From Candidatus Proelusimicrobium excrementi (lineage in GTDB: Bacteria; Elusimicrobiota; Elusimicrobia; Elusimicrobiales; Elusimicrobiaceae), in NCBI GenBank assembly GCA_934643455.1, contig CAKUBV010000001.1, forward strand, positions 258,692 to 322,691: 64,000 nucleotides of DNA, in the 5' to 3' direction. Below, piece after piece: positions 56,438-64,000 of this stretch. The notes under the pieces are model-generated. The model worked only from the letters and a program-made list of their open reading frames with translations. It searched no databases and had not been told where the DNA came from. Both the position numbers and the translations under genes were made by a program. The first letter of the stretch is position 1, and each line of letters opens with the position of its first letter.

Positions 56438-57445
56438 TTACAACAAATTTATCCCGTTTTTTGAACATTCTTCCCGCATACCTTCCGGCCATAAAGAGGC
56501 CTGAACCTCCCCTATATGAGCCTTGCCCAAAAGCAACATACACAAACGGCTTTGGCCTATGCCGCCGCCTATCGTAAGCGGCAGTTTGCCTTCCAAAATT
56601 AATTTATGGTAAAGATGTTTTTTGCGCCCGGGGCAGCCTGCCGCATTAAGCTGCTTTTCCAAAGAATCCGCGTCCACGCGTATGCCCATGGAGGAAAGCT
56701 CAAAAGCGTCCTCAAGCACTTCATTATAGATAAGCAAATCACCGTTTAAAGACCAATCGTCATAATCCGGCGCGCGTCCGTCATGGGGAAGTCCGTTTTT
56801 TAAAGGCCAGCCTATGCCGGATACGAACACCGTTTTATGTTCTTTGGTTACGGCCCTTTCCCTTTCTTTGGGGGTAAGCGCGGGGTACCTGGCTTCCAAC
56901 TCGGCGGCGGAAATAAAATAAACTTCGCGGCTGATTTCGGTTTTTACGGCGGGATACTTCGCCTTAAGCTCACGCAAGGTATCCGCCAAAACGCCGGTTA
57001 TGTTTAGGACCGTTTCTTTAAGCGTATCCGCAGTGCGCCGCTCTTTATCGATTATAAGTTCCCAGTCCCATTGGTCTACGTAGACGGAATGAAGATTATC
57101 GGTTTCTTCGTCGCGGCGTATGGCGTTCATATCGGTATACAAGCCTTCGCCCGGGGCGAAAGAGTAAAGCTTAAGTGCCATGCGCTTCCATTTTGCCAAG
57201 GAGTGCACTATAACGGCTTTTACGCCGGTCTGTTTTAAATCAAAAGGAACGGGCCTTTCGACTCCGTTTAAATCGTCGTTGAGCCCGCTGGCCTCTTCAA
57301 CAAAAAGCGGAGCCGACACCCTTTCCAAATTAAGCGCCGATGCCAGCTTGCGCTGGAATGTGTCTTTGATAAATTTTATCGCTCTTTGAGTTTGCCTTAA
57401 ATCCGTAGAGCTTTTATAGTTTTCCGGGAGTATAAGTTTCTTCAT
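56438..57445 (-). CDS. asnA: Aspartate--ammonia ligase (asparagine synthetase A)
   Basis: 335 aa; AsnA-like N-terminus and class II aaRS-like core. Confidence 0.75.
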   Translation of the reverse strand: MKKLILPENYKSSTDLRQTQRAIKFIKDTFQRKLASALNLERVSAPLFVEEASGLNDDLNGVERPVPFDLKQTGVKAVIVHSLAKWKRMALKLYSFAPGEGLYTDMNAIRRDEETDNLHSVYVDQWDWELIIDKERRTADTLKETVLNITGVLADTLRELKAKYPAVKTEISREVYFISAAELEARYPALTPKERERAVTKEHKTVFVSGIGWPLKNGLPHDGRAPDYDDWSLNGDLLIYNEVLEDAFELSSMGIRVDADSLEKQLNAAGCPGRKKHLYHKLILEGKLPLTIGGGIGQSRLCMLLLGKAHIGEVQASLWPEGMREECSKNGINLL

Positions 57446-57558
57446 TAATAAATTGTATAAAAAAGCCCGGCAAAAGTGGGGAAATTGACAAAAACCTCGT
57501 TTTTTGATATTTTTTCCTCAGGGAGAGCCTCATATAAAGTTTAATATGAGGTTTTTTA

Positions 57559-57864
57559 ATGCTTATAACAGATCTTTCCCAAAATCCCGCCGTAAACAAA
57601 AGCGTAAAACTGACGGCAATCGCCGCTTGCACCAACGGCAGAAGCGAATGCGTCAGCCTTTTGGCCACAGGCTCCGTCAGCGGCGGAGAAATAAAATTGC
57701 AGGTAAGCCAAGACGACGCAAATTATTATCCGCTCACCGATGAAAACGGCGTTCAGATTATTTTAAAACCCAATACTCCTTTATACCTTAAATTCGCCAA
57801 TTTGTATTTAAAGTGCGATTTAAGCGGCATTTCTTCCGACAATCTTAAAATAACGGTGCAGTAA
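57559..57864 (+). CDS. Hypothetical protein, first of 3 coupled genes
   Basis: Start/stop overlap with next gene. Confidence 0.3.
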   Translation: MLITDLSQNPAVNKSVKLTAIAACTNGRSECVSLLATGSVSGGEIKLQVSQDDANYYPLTDENGVQIILKPNTPLYLKFANLYLKCDLSGISSDNLKITVQ

Positions 57865-57865
57865 A

Positions 57866-58984
57866 ATGCGGACTTCCCTTATAACATCTCTTAAAGGGGG
57901 CCTGAGCTTTAAGGCCGCGCGCGGTTTTGTTTCCACGGAGTTTAACTGGACAAAACCGGCTTCCTGGCCGGAACTGCGCCACATTACGCCGAAAGGATCT
58001 TTGGGGTTTCTCCTGAGCGATAAATATCCCGCTTTCGCCTTTTCGGCCAAAGCCGAAGGGGGGTATAAAGTTCTTCTTAACGGGGGGGACTTCGGCGTTT
58101 ACGCAAGCGGCGGGCAATGTGCGCTGAATATTGCGGATCTTCCGTCTTCCGCCGCAACGCTGGTCAGCTGCCCGGAAGCCCTTTCCGTATATGTTTTTAC
58201 CGTGAGCCCGGTTAAAGAAAATGCGGAAATAAAAAACTTCAAATGCGAAAGAAGCTCCGATTCCGGCACGCAGGAACAAGGGCTTTTATGGCTCCATAGC
58301 ACGGTAAGCGGGCTGATGGATAGAATTTCCGTATCGGATGACAATGACAGCAAAAAAGTACGCAACAGGATTATTGAGGCCGTAACTTGCTCCAGAGAGG
58401 AAATAAAAGTAAAAGACGTTTACGGGGCGTTTAACGAGTGTTCCGCGCTTAAATACTGCGCTCCGCTGAACTATATGGAGAACGCTTCAAAAAATTACTG
58501 CACTTTCAGGAATTGCTCCAACTTGAAAAAGCTTATATTCCGCAACTTCAAACCGCTGGATATGATAAATATGTTCGCGAATATGTCTTCCCTTGAAACG
58601 GCGGCGTTCGAAAATGCGGATTTTTCCGCCTTAACCAGCGCGATAGGGGCTTTTATTAACGCGGAAAGCCTGCAAATGTCCCGCTGGGACTTATCCGAAG
58701 CCGCGCAGCTTAAAAAGGTGGAATGCCGCGGAACCCGCCAAAAGCCGATACCCGGCTTTAAAGGGCTGAAAGTTTCATCTTCCGCGCCTTTTAACGAAAG
58801 TGCGCCGCAAATAGACGTTTCCTATACGGGCATGGATAAAAACGCCGTTCTGGAGCTTTTTGACTCTCTGCCCCAGGTTCAAAGCGGGCAGAAAATCAAT
58901 ATCGCAGGCACGCCCGCCTGCGAAACGCTGAGCGAAGGGGACTTGCAAACCGCCGTAAATAAAGGCTGGGAGGTGCTGCAATGA
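57866..58984 (+). CDS. BspA-type leucine-rich-repeat protein
   Basis: Repeated F..C..L......F.NCSNL / AF.NA pattern typical of BspA/TpLRR repeats. Confidence 0.4.
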   Translation: MRTSLITSLKGGLSFKAARGFVSTEFNWTKPASWPELRHITPKGSLGFLLSDKYPAFAFSAKAEGGYKVLLNGGDFGVYASGGQCALNIADLPSSAATLVSCPEALSVYVFTVSPVKENAEIKNFKCERSSDSGTQEQGLLWLHSTVSGLMDRISVSDDNDSKKVRNRIIEAVTCSREEIKVKDVYGAFNECSALKYCAPLNYMENASKNYCTFRNCSNLKKLIFRNFKPLDMINMFANMSSLETAAFENADFSALTSAIGAFINAESLQMSRWDLSEAAQLKKVECRGTRQKPIPGFKGLKVSSSAPFNESAPQIDVSYTGMDKNAVLELFDSLPQVQSGQKINIAGTPACETLSEGDLQTAVNKGWEVLQ

Positions 58985-59172
58985 TGTATCAGGCGACAGA
59001 AAACGAACAGGGTCTTTATTTTTGCCCTAAAGACGGCAAAAGCTATGATTTACTCTCATGCAATAAAGCGACCGGCCCCAAAGGCGTAAACGCCGGCTGG
59101 AAAGAGTATAAATCCCTAAAAAACGCCTTAAAAGGATTCGGACTTAAAGAAAAGAATCCCGGAAAAGTTTAA
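58981..59172 (+). CDS. Hypothetical small protein
   Basis: Coupled to upstream gene; terminator follows. Confidence 0.25.
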   Translation: MMYQATENEQGLYFCPKDGKSYDLLSCNKATGPKGVNAGWKEYKSLKNALKGFGLKEKNPGKV

Positions 59173-59223
59173 AGGCACAAAAAATCCCTCCTTAAAAGGG
59201 GGGATTTTTTATAATTTAAAATT

Positions 59224-59688
59224 TTAGGCCGCCGAAACCTTTTTAAAAACGGCCTCCGCGGCCTCTTTGAGCCTGTTCATGATTTTTTCAAAACCGCGGC
59301 CGCTTTTTGATATGGGATCGGGCATATCCTCTTCCAAGCCGAAAGCGTAATCCAAAAGAAGAAAGATTTTGTCGGCGTACTGAGGGAACTTATCCATAAT
59401 AAGATCAAGCTGATCTTCCGTCATAACAAGCAGCAGATCCGCCCGTTCGGCGTCTTCCCTGCCCAGCAAAGTGGAGCAATGCCCCTGCCAGGAGGCCCCG
59501 TTATCTTCCAAAAATTTTTTTATTTTGGAGGGGATCTCATAAGCGGGGGAAGCGTAAACGCCCCTGGAAAAGGCTTTAAGATTACTCTTCCCGTTCTTTT
59601 CCGCGAGAGCGTTAAACAGCCTTTCAGCGGCGAAACTGCGGCATATATTGGCGTGACATATAAAACAAATATTCATAGTATATTTCAA
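59224..59688 (-). CDS. wzb: Low-molecular-weight protein-tyrosine phosphatase
   Basis: CHANICRS (C-x5-R-S P-loop) near N-terminus; adjacent to Wza/Wzc genes. Confidence 0.7.
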   Translation of the reverse strand: MKYTMNICFICHANICRSFAAERLFNALAEKNGKSNLKAFSRGVYASPAYEIPSKIKKFLEDNGASWQGHCSTLLGREDAERADLLLVMTEDQLDLIMDKFPQYADKIFLLLDYAFGLEEDMPDPISKSGRGFEKIMNRLKEAAEAVFKKVSAA

Positions 59689-59719
59689 TATATCAAATTT
59701 TTATACAATATTAATTAAT

Positions 59720-61342
59720 ATGGATCTGTTTTTTAAAGGTTTTTTAGCCCTGCTTATAATGTTTGCGGTTTTAGCTTTCGCCGGAACCGCGCCTTGGGCT
59801 TTCGCCGTGTTTCAGGGGGGGATTTTTCTTTTGTCCGCTTTGATGTTATTTAGAAGAGGCGCGGCACTTTCAAAACCTTTTAAGGCCGGGGCTTTCGGCC
59901 TTTTGTTCCTGATACTTTACACTTTGCTTCAAGCCTGTTTTACAACCACTTTCATAGACCCCGTTCCGCCGTATCCTTCCACCATGATGAGGCTTTACAC
60001 CTTAGAGCACGTTTCAATTTTTACAACGTGGCTTTGCCTCTTTTTCATAGGCGCGGATATAGCTAAGGATTTTAAAGCCTCAAGAAATATTTTATGGGTA
60101 TTTCTGCTGCCGGCGGTTGTTACGGCCGTTTTGAATATGGCTCTTCCCGGCGTATACCTTAAACTTCTTACCGGGATAAGCGAGGGCGTCGGCCCGTTTG
60201 TTAACCGCAATCACGGCGGATGTTTTTTGGCCGCCGCTTCAATACTCTGCGCGGCGTTGGCGGCTTCGCACTTCGCCTTAAAAGCGGAATATCTGCGGGA
60301 AAATAAAAAAAACGATTTCTACGCAAAACAGCTGATTTTAATTTTTATTTTTCTGTTTTTGGCCCTTTCCGCCGTGTTTACGCGTTCAAGAGGAGCTATG
60401 ACGGCATTGGCGGCGGGTATAACGGTTTATGCGGTTAGCCTTTCCTTTATATTTTTAAAAAACATTAAAATTAAAATCTGCGCGCTGCTCCTTATAGCCG
60501 CTTTGGGATTAAGCGGAGCCTTTGCCGTTTACTCCAATGAAAATAAAATCAACGCATTCGCACAAAGAAGTTCTTCCGTTTCAACCGATATCAGGAAAGA
60601 TTTGTACCGTTCCGCCTTTGAAGCTTTAAAAGACAGGCCCGTATTCGGCACAGGCGCAGGCGCATTGCCGGTTATGATAACAAATTACACTAAACCGCTT
60701 AACAGCTATATTGAACGCCTGCACAGCGATCCTTTGGAAATATTGCTGGGCGCGGGCATTGCCGGCTTCTTGCCGCCGCTCATCTGCGCCGCCGCGTTTA
60801 TAATATTTCTTTTAGGCAGGATAAAAGCTCTGCCCGCAAAGAAACAAGCCCTTTTTACCGGCATATTTTGCGCTTGCATATCATTTTGTGTAAGTTCGGC
60901 GGTGGACTTTTCCTTGTTCATACCGGCCTGCGCCTCGCTCTTTTTCACCTCCGCGGGCCTCTTATGCGGGGTTACCTTTTGGCGGGAGGAATACTCCCGC
61001 ATTCGCTTTAACGCATTTTTCAAAGCGGCCGTTTTATTATTTTTGGCGGCTTGTTTTTGGTTTTCGGCCCAAAAAGCGGCGGCGTGGCGTTTTCATCATT
61101 TCGCGGACGGATTTAAGTTTGAAAGAAAAACTCTTTACTATCAAAAAGCTTTGGCTTATTATCCTTCCCCGCGTTACGCCTTAAGCCTCGGCGTGGAATA
61201 TTATAATAAAAGCTTGGACGCTTCCCTGCCGCCGGAACAAAGGGCCGAACTCAGGAAAAAAGCCTTTGATTTGGCGAAAACTTACCTAAAAAAATACCCG
61301 CGCGAAAAAGAACTTTCCAAGCTATACATGAACACTTTATAA
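59720..61342 (+). CDS. O-antigen ligase/polymerase-like (Wzy_C/WaaL family) membrane protein with C-terminal TPR-like tail
   Basis: About 12 TM with a large loop; C-terminal soluble helical repeats. Confidence 0.5.
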   Translation: MDLFFKGFLALLIMFAVLAFAGTAPWAFAVFQGGIFLLSALMLFRRGAALSKPFKAGAFGLLFLILYTLLQACFTTTFIDPVPPYPSTMMRLYTLEHVSIFTTWLCLFFIGADIAKDFKASRNILWVFLLPAVVTAVLNMALPGVYLKLLTGISEGVGPFVNRNHGGCFLAAASILCAALAASHFALKAEYLRENKKNDFYAKQLILIFIFLFLALSAVFTRSRGAMTALAAGITVYAVSLSFIFLKNIKIKICALLLIAALGLSGAFAVYSNENKINAFAQRSSSVSTDIRKDLYRSAFEALKDRPVFGTGAGALPVMITNYTKPLNSYIERLHSDPLEILLGAGIAGFLPPLICAAAFIIFLLGRIKALPAKKQALFTGIFCACISFCVSSAVDFSLFIPACASLFFTSAGLLCGVTFWREEYSRIRFNAFFKAAVLLFLAACFWFSAQKAAAWRFHHFADGFKFERKTLYYQKALAYYPSPRYALSLGVEYYNKSLDASLPPEQRAELRKKAFDLAKTYLKKYPREKELSKLYMNTL

Positions 61343-61384
61343 ACCTTTTATGTTACCTCTATAATTTTGTAAAATATAGAGTAT

Positions 61385-62029
61385 ATGAAAACTTATAACA
61401 TTATCGCCCTTTTATCAGTTGTTTTACTGCTTAACGCATGCGCCGGCGCGCAAAAAAACGCCGAAAGCGGCTTAACGGAAATTAATCCGCGCGAAGTGGC
61501 GCAAAATTTAAACGATTTAAAAGCTTCTTCCGATTATATTTTACAGCCCGGCGACCTTGTTGAAATACAGGTCTTTATGGAAGAAGATATGAAACGCACC
61601 CTGCGTATCGCCACAAACGGAACAATCACTTATCCGCTTGTCGGCAACGTTAAGATAGCCGGATATTCTTTATCCAAGGCGGAAGAAAAGCTCTCTTCGG
61701 CTTTAAAAACGTATATTAAAAACCCGCAGGTTTCCATGCTGATACAGGAATACGGCAATAAAACCGTATACGTATTGGGCCAAGTGCAAAAGCCGGCGGC
61801 CATACAAATCCCGCCGGAAAAGCCGCTTACCGTGCTTGAGGCCATAACTTCCGTAGGCGGATTTACCGATATCGCGGCGCTTTCAAAAGTAAGAGTGCTG
61901 CGTATGGAAAACGGCAAACAAACCGCAATAGACGTTGACGTAACCCAAATAACCAAACAAGGCAATAAATCTTTGGATATTCCGCTTATGCCGGGGGATG
62001 TCGTCTTTGTGCCCCAAAGTATGTTCTAG
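61385..62029 (+). CDS. wza: Polysaccharide export outer-membrane protein
   Basis: Lipoprotein-like signal (LLNAC); Poly_export motif YILQPGDLVEIQVF ... YPLVGNVKIAG and SLBB-like C-terminus. Confidence 0.7.
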   Translation: MKTYNIIALLSVVLLLNACAGAQKNAESGLTEINPREVAQNLNDLKASSDYILQPGDLVEIQVFMEEDMKRTLRIATNGTITYPLVGNVKIAGYSLSKAEEKLSSALKTYIKNPQVSMLIQEYGNKTVYVLGQVQKPAAIQIPPEKPLTVLEAITSVGGFTDIAALSKVRVLRMENGKQTAIDVDVTQITKQGNKSLDIPLMPGDVVFVPQSMF

Positions 62030-62032
62030 AGG

Positions 62033-63751
62033 ATGATTATGCAAGAAGAATTAAACAATGAAGAGATAAATTTCAGTTACTATATAGAAATACTGCTTAA
62101 GCATTGCTGGGTTATAATTTGCTTTATAGCTTTGGGGGCTTTCTGCGCCGTTATGCTTAACACCTTTATGAGGCCGGCTTACAAAGCCACGGCCCTTATG
62201 ATGATAAATCAGGAAAACGCCGGCAAGCTGGAAACAAGCCCATATACGTCTTTCACCGCCGAGGAAGACTATTACCGCACGCAGTACAAACTGCTTGAAA
62301 GCCGCAACCTTTTACACAAAGTATATACTCAAATGAATTTAGGCCAATATGAGGAATTTGAAAACCCTTCCGGCCTTAAAAAACTGACAAAAGCCATAGA
62401 CGTATCGCCGATAGCCCGCTCCCGTTTGGTAAACCTTTCGGTAACCAGTTACGATCCCGCCCTTGCGACGGAAATCGTCAACAATATCGCGCAGACTTTC
62501 GTGGCGGAAAACATCAGCAACCGCATTTCAATGGGCCAAGACGTAATAAAAGCTTTGGAAAGCACCCAGCGCAGCAAAGGCGAGCAGGAACTTTTAAACT
62601 CCATGCCGCAAGTGGTAAACAGCGACTTTATAAAAAGCCTTAAACTGCAGGAAACTACCTTGCTAAATAAGCAAGCGGAACTTTCTTCCAAGTACACGGC
62701 CGTCCACCCGGAAGTCATCTCCGTAAAAAGGCAGCTTTCCGCGGTACAAAATAAAATCGCGTTGGAAACGCAAAGGCTAGTTCAAAGTATTAAGATTGAA
62801 CTTTCAGGGCAGTTTTCCGGCAATAATATACGCATAGTGGATAATGCCGTCGTGCCGGAAAAGCCTATCCGCCCCAGAAAGCTGCTTAATCTTGCCATAG
62901 GGCTTTGCGCCGGCGCGCTTTTTGGCGTTTTGTTCGCTTTTATAATGGAGTTTTTTGATCAAACCGTTAAGAATTCCGAAGATTTGGAAAACAAATTAAA
63001 ATTGCCGTTCCTCGGTTTCGTTCCCAAAGAAAAACTTAAAAAGAATGAAGCGGAATACGCTTTTATGCTTAAAAAAGGCAATTTCCTGCTGGCGGAAAAC
63101 GTAAGGAATATCAGGACGATGCTTGCGTTTGCAAAAGCGCAGGAACCGAACGCGCCGATACTTATAACCAGCTCTTTGCAAGGCGAAGGCAAAAGCAATC
63201 TTTCCACCAATCTTTCGGTGGCTTTGGCTCAGGCCGGTTCAAAGGTGCTTATAGTGGACGGCGATTTGCGCCGCTCCCGCCTGCACAGAACCTTCCGTCT
63301 TTCGCCCGAACTGGGGCTCAGCAATATTTGGACGAGCGAAGGGGAAAAAGCCGATTACGCCGCCAATATTCAGCCCGTAAAAGATGTTCCCAACCTGTTT
63401 GTAATGACGGCAGGGCAAAGGCCGCCAAACCCGGCGGAACTTTTAAATACGCCTAAACTGGCCGATTTTATCGACTGGGCCAAAAAGAATTATGACCAAG
63501 TTATAATCGACTGTCCGGCGATTGTGCCCGTATCCGATACCCTTTTATGGGGCAAATACATACCTTTGGCGGTGTTTGTTGTACGCTGCGGCCAAACCAA
63601 TGTACGCATAGCGCAAATCGGTATAGACAAACTTAACAAAGCCGGCATTAAGATATTGGGCGCGGTTATCGGCCATTACAAGACCGAGGGCCTTGCCTAC
63701 GGCAAATACGGATATTATAAGAAAAGCTACGGCTATTACGAAGATAAATAG
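62033..63751 (+). CDS. wzc: Polysaccharide co-polymerase/BY tyrosine kinase
   Basis: Wzz-like N-terminal TM and coiled coil; Walker A SSLQGEGKS; C-terminal Tyr cluster YGKYGYYKKSYGYYEDK. Confidence 0.75.
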   Translation: MIMQEELNNEEINFSYYIEILLKHCWVIICFIALGAFCAVMLNTFMRPAYKATALMMINQENAGKLETSPYTSFTAEEDYYRTQYKLLESRNLLHKVYTQMNLGQYEEFENPSGLKKLTKAIDVSPIARSRLVNLSVTSYDPALATEIVNNIAQTFVAENISNRISMGQDVIKALESTQRSKGEQELLNSMPQVVNSDFIKSLKLQETTLLNKQAELSSKYTAVHPEVISVKRQLSAVQNKIALETQRLVQSIKIELSGQFSGNNIRIVDNAVVPEKPIRPRKLLNLAIGLCAGALFGVLFAFIMEFFDQTVKNSEDLENKLKLPFLGFVPKEKLKKNEAEYAFMLKKGNFLLAENVRNIRTMLAFAKAQEPNAPILITSSLQGEGKSNLSTNLSVALAQAGSKVLIVDGDLRRSRLHRTFRLSPELGLSNIWTSEGEKADYAANIQPVKDVPNLFVMTAGQRPPNPAELLNTPKLADFIDWAKKNYDQVIIDCPAIVPVSDTLLWGKYIPLAVFVVRCGQTNVRIAQIGIDKLNKAGIKILGAVIGHYKTEGLAYGKYGYYKKSYGYYEDK

Positions 63752-63770
63752 CCCAGTTTTACGGATTAAA

Positions 63771-63798
63771 AAGGCCGGTTTAAAAGCCGGCCTTTTTT
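63771..63798 (+). terminator. Rho-independent terminator after wzc
   Basis: AAGGCCGG-tttaaaag-CCGGCCTT then TTTTTT. Confidence 0.55.
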
Positions 63799-64000
63799 AT
63801 TGCCCTAAAGCTAAACCTCCGCGGCCACGCCGGGGAATATTATTTTTATAATATTTTTGCGCCGCCGGCAAGGCGTAGAAGCTTAAGCAAAAGCCCTTTT
63901 ACGCCGCGCCTTTTATAGCGGGACATAATTTTATAAAAGCTTTCGCCTTTGCGGAAAGATTTAAAGAACTCTTCCCGGCAAGGGGAGGGGGAAGTTGAGC

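Overview
This window reads as a composite accessory region in a roughly 50% GC diderm bacterium, assembled in the order listed below. Most calls rest on motif reading and on recall of family consensus sequences, and nothing was searched against a database. The strongest single family call is gp11 in element 1. No CRISPR array and no rRNA were seen.

1. A T7-like (Autographiviridae-type) podovirus structural gene block (30-9662). It runs portal, scaffold, capsid, terminator, tail tubular A and B, then internal virion proteins. A tyrosine integrase (9730-10641) ends it. It lacks gp16, tail fibre and terminase, so it looks like a defective prophage remnant.

2. AT-rich cargo beside the integrase. 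This is a Lom/OmpX-like outer-membrane beta-barrel (10806-11414) and a two-gene operon of an XRE HTH regulator plus a 2-TM membrane protein (11444-12329). Several perfect palindromes sit in the flanking non-coding DNA.

3. Host-like genes. These are an RDD protein, a hotdog thioesterase, a CYTH protein and a 2x[4Fe-4S] ferredoxin. A tight four-gene operon follows: Cas4-like PD-(D/E)XK nuclease, two LtaS-like sulfatase-fold transferases, and an FGGY kinase. Then come PitA and a PhoU-like protein, a 1631-aa exported protein with a C-terminal HtrA-like trypsin domain, RmuC, PPi-phosphofructokinase and a MATE transporter.

4. A BAHT/TibC-like heptosyltransferase followed by a 2036-aa AIDA-like repeat autotransporter. 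The autotransporter has an unusual lysine-rich tail after the barrel terminus.

5. A T4 endonuclease V (DenV) homolog, then tRNA-Arg(TCT). After the tRNA comes a second, integrase-less prophage remnant (about 41.7-54.7 kb) that contains:
   - a consensus promoter driving a 29-aa lysine-rich peptide;
   - a small HTH protein;
   - a standalone NrdD-type glycyl-radical mini-protein;
   - an overlapping spanin pair, a holin and a DinD/Bro-like protein;
   - a YkuD-like candidate endolysin and a LamG-type fibre;
   - head-assembly genes (DUF2213-like, MuF, portal, TerL, TerS, ParB-like nuclease);
   - a right junction that truncates a HAD hydrolase gene.

6. Host genes. These are a DUF805 protein, an aldo/keto reductase and AsnA. 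A three-gene BspA-LRR cassette follows. Last is an exopolysaccharide locus (Wzb, WaaL-like with TPR, Wza, Wzc).
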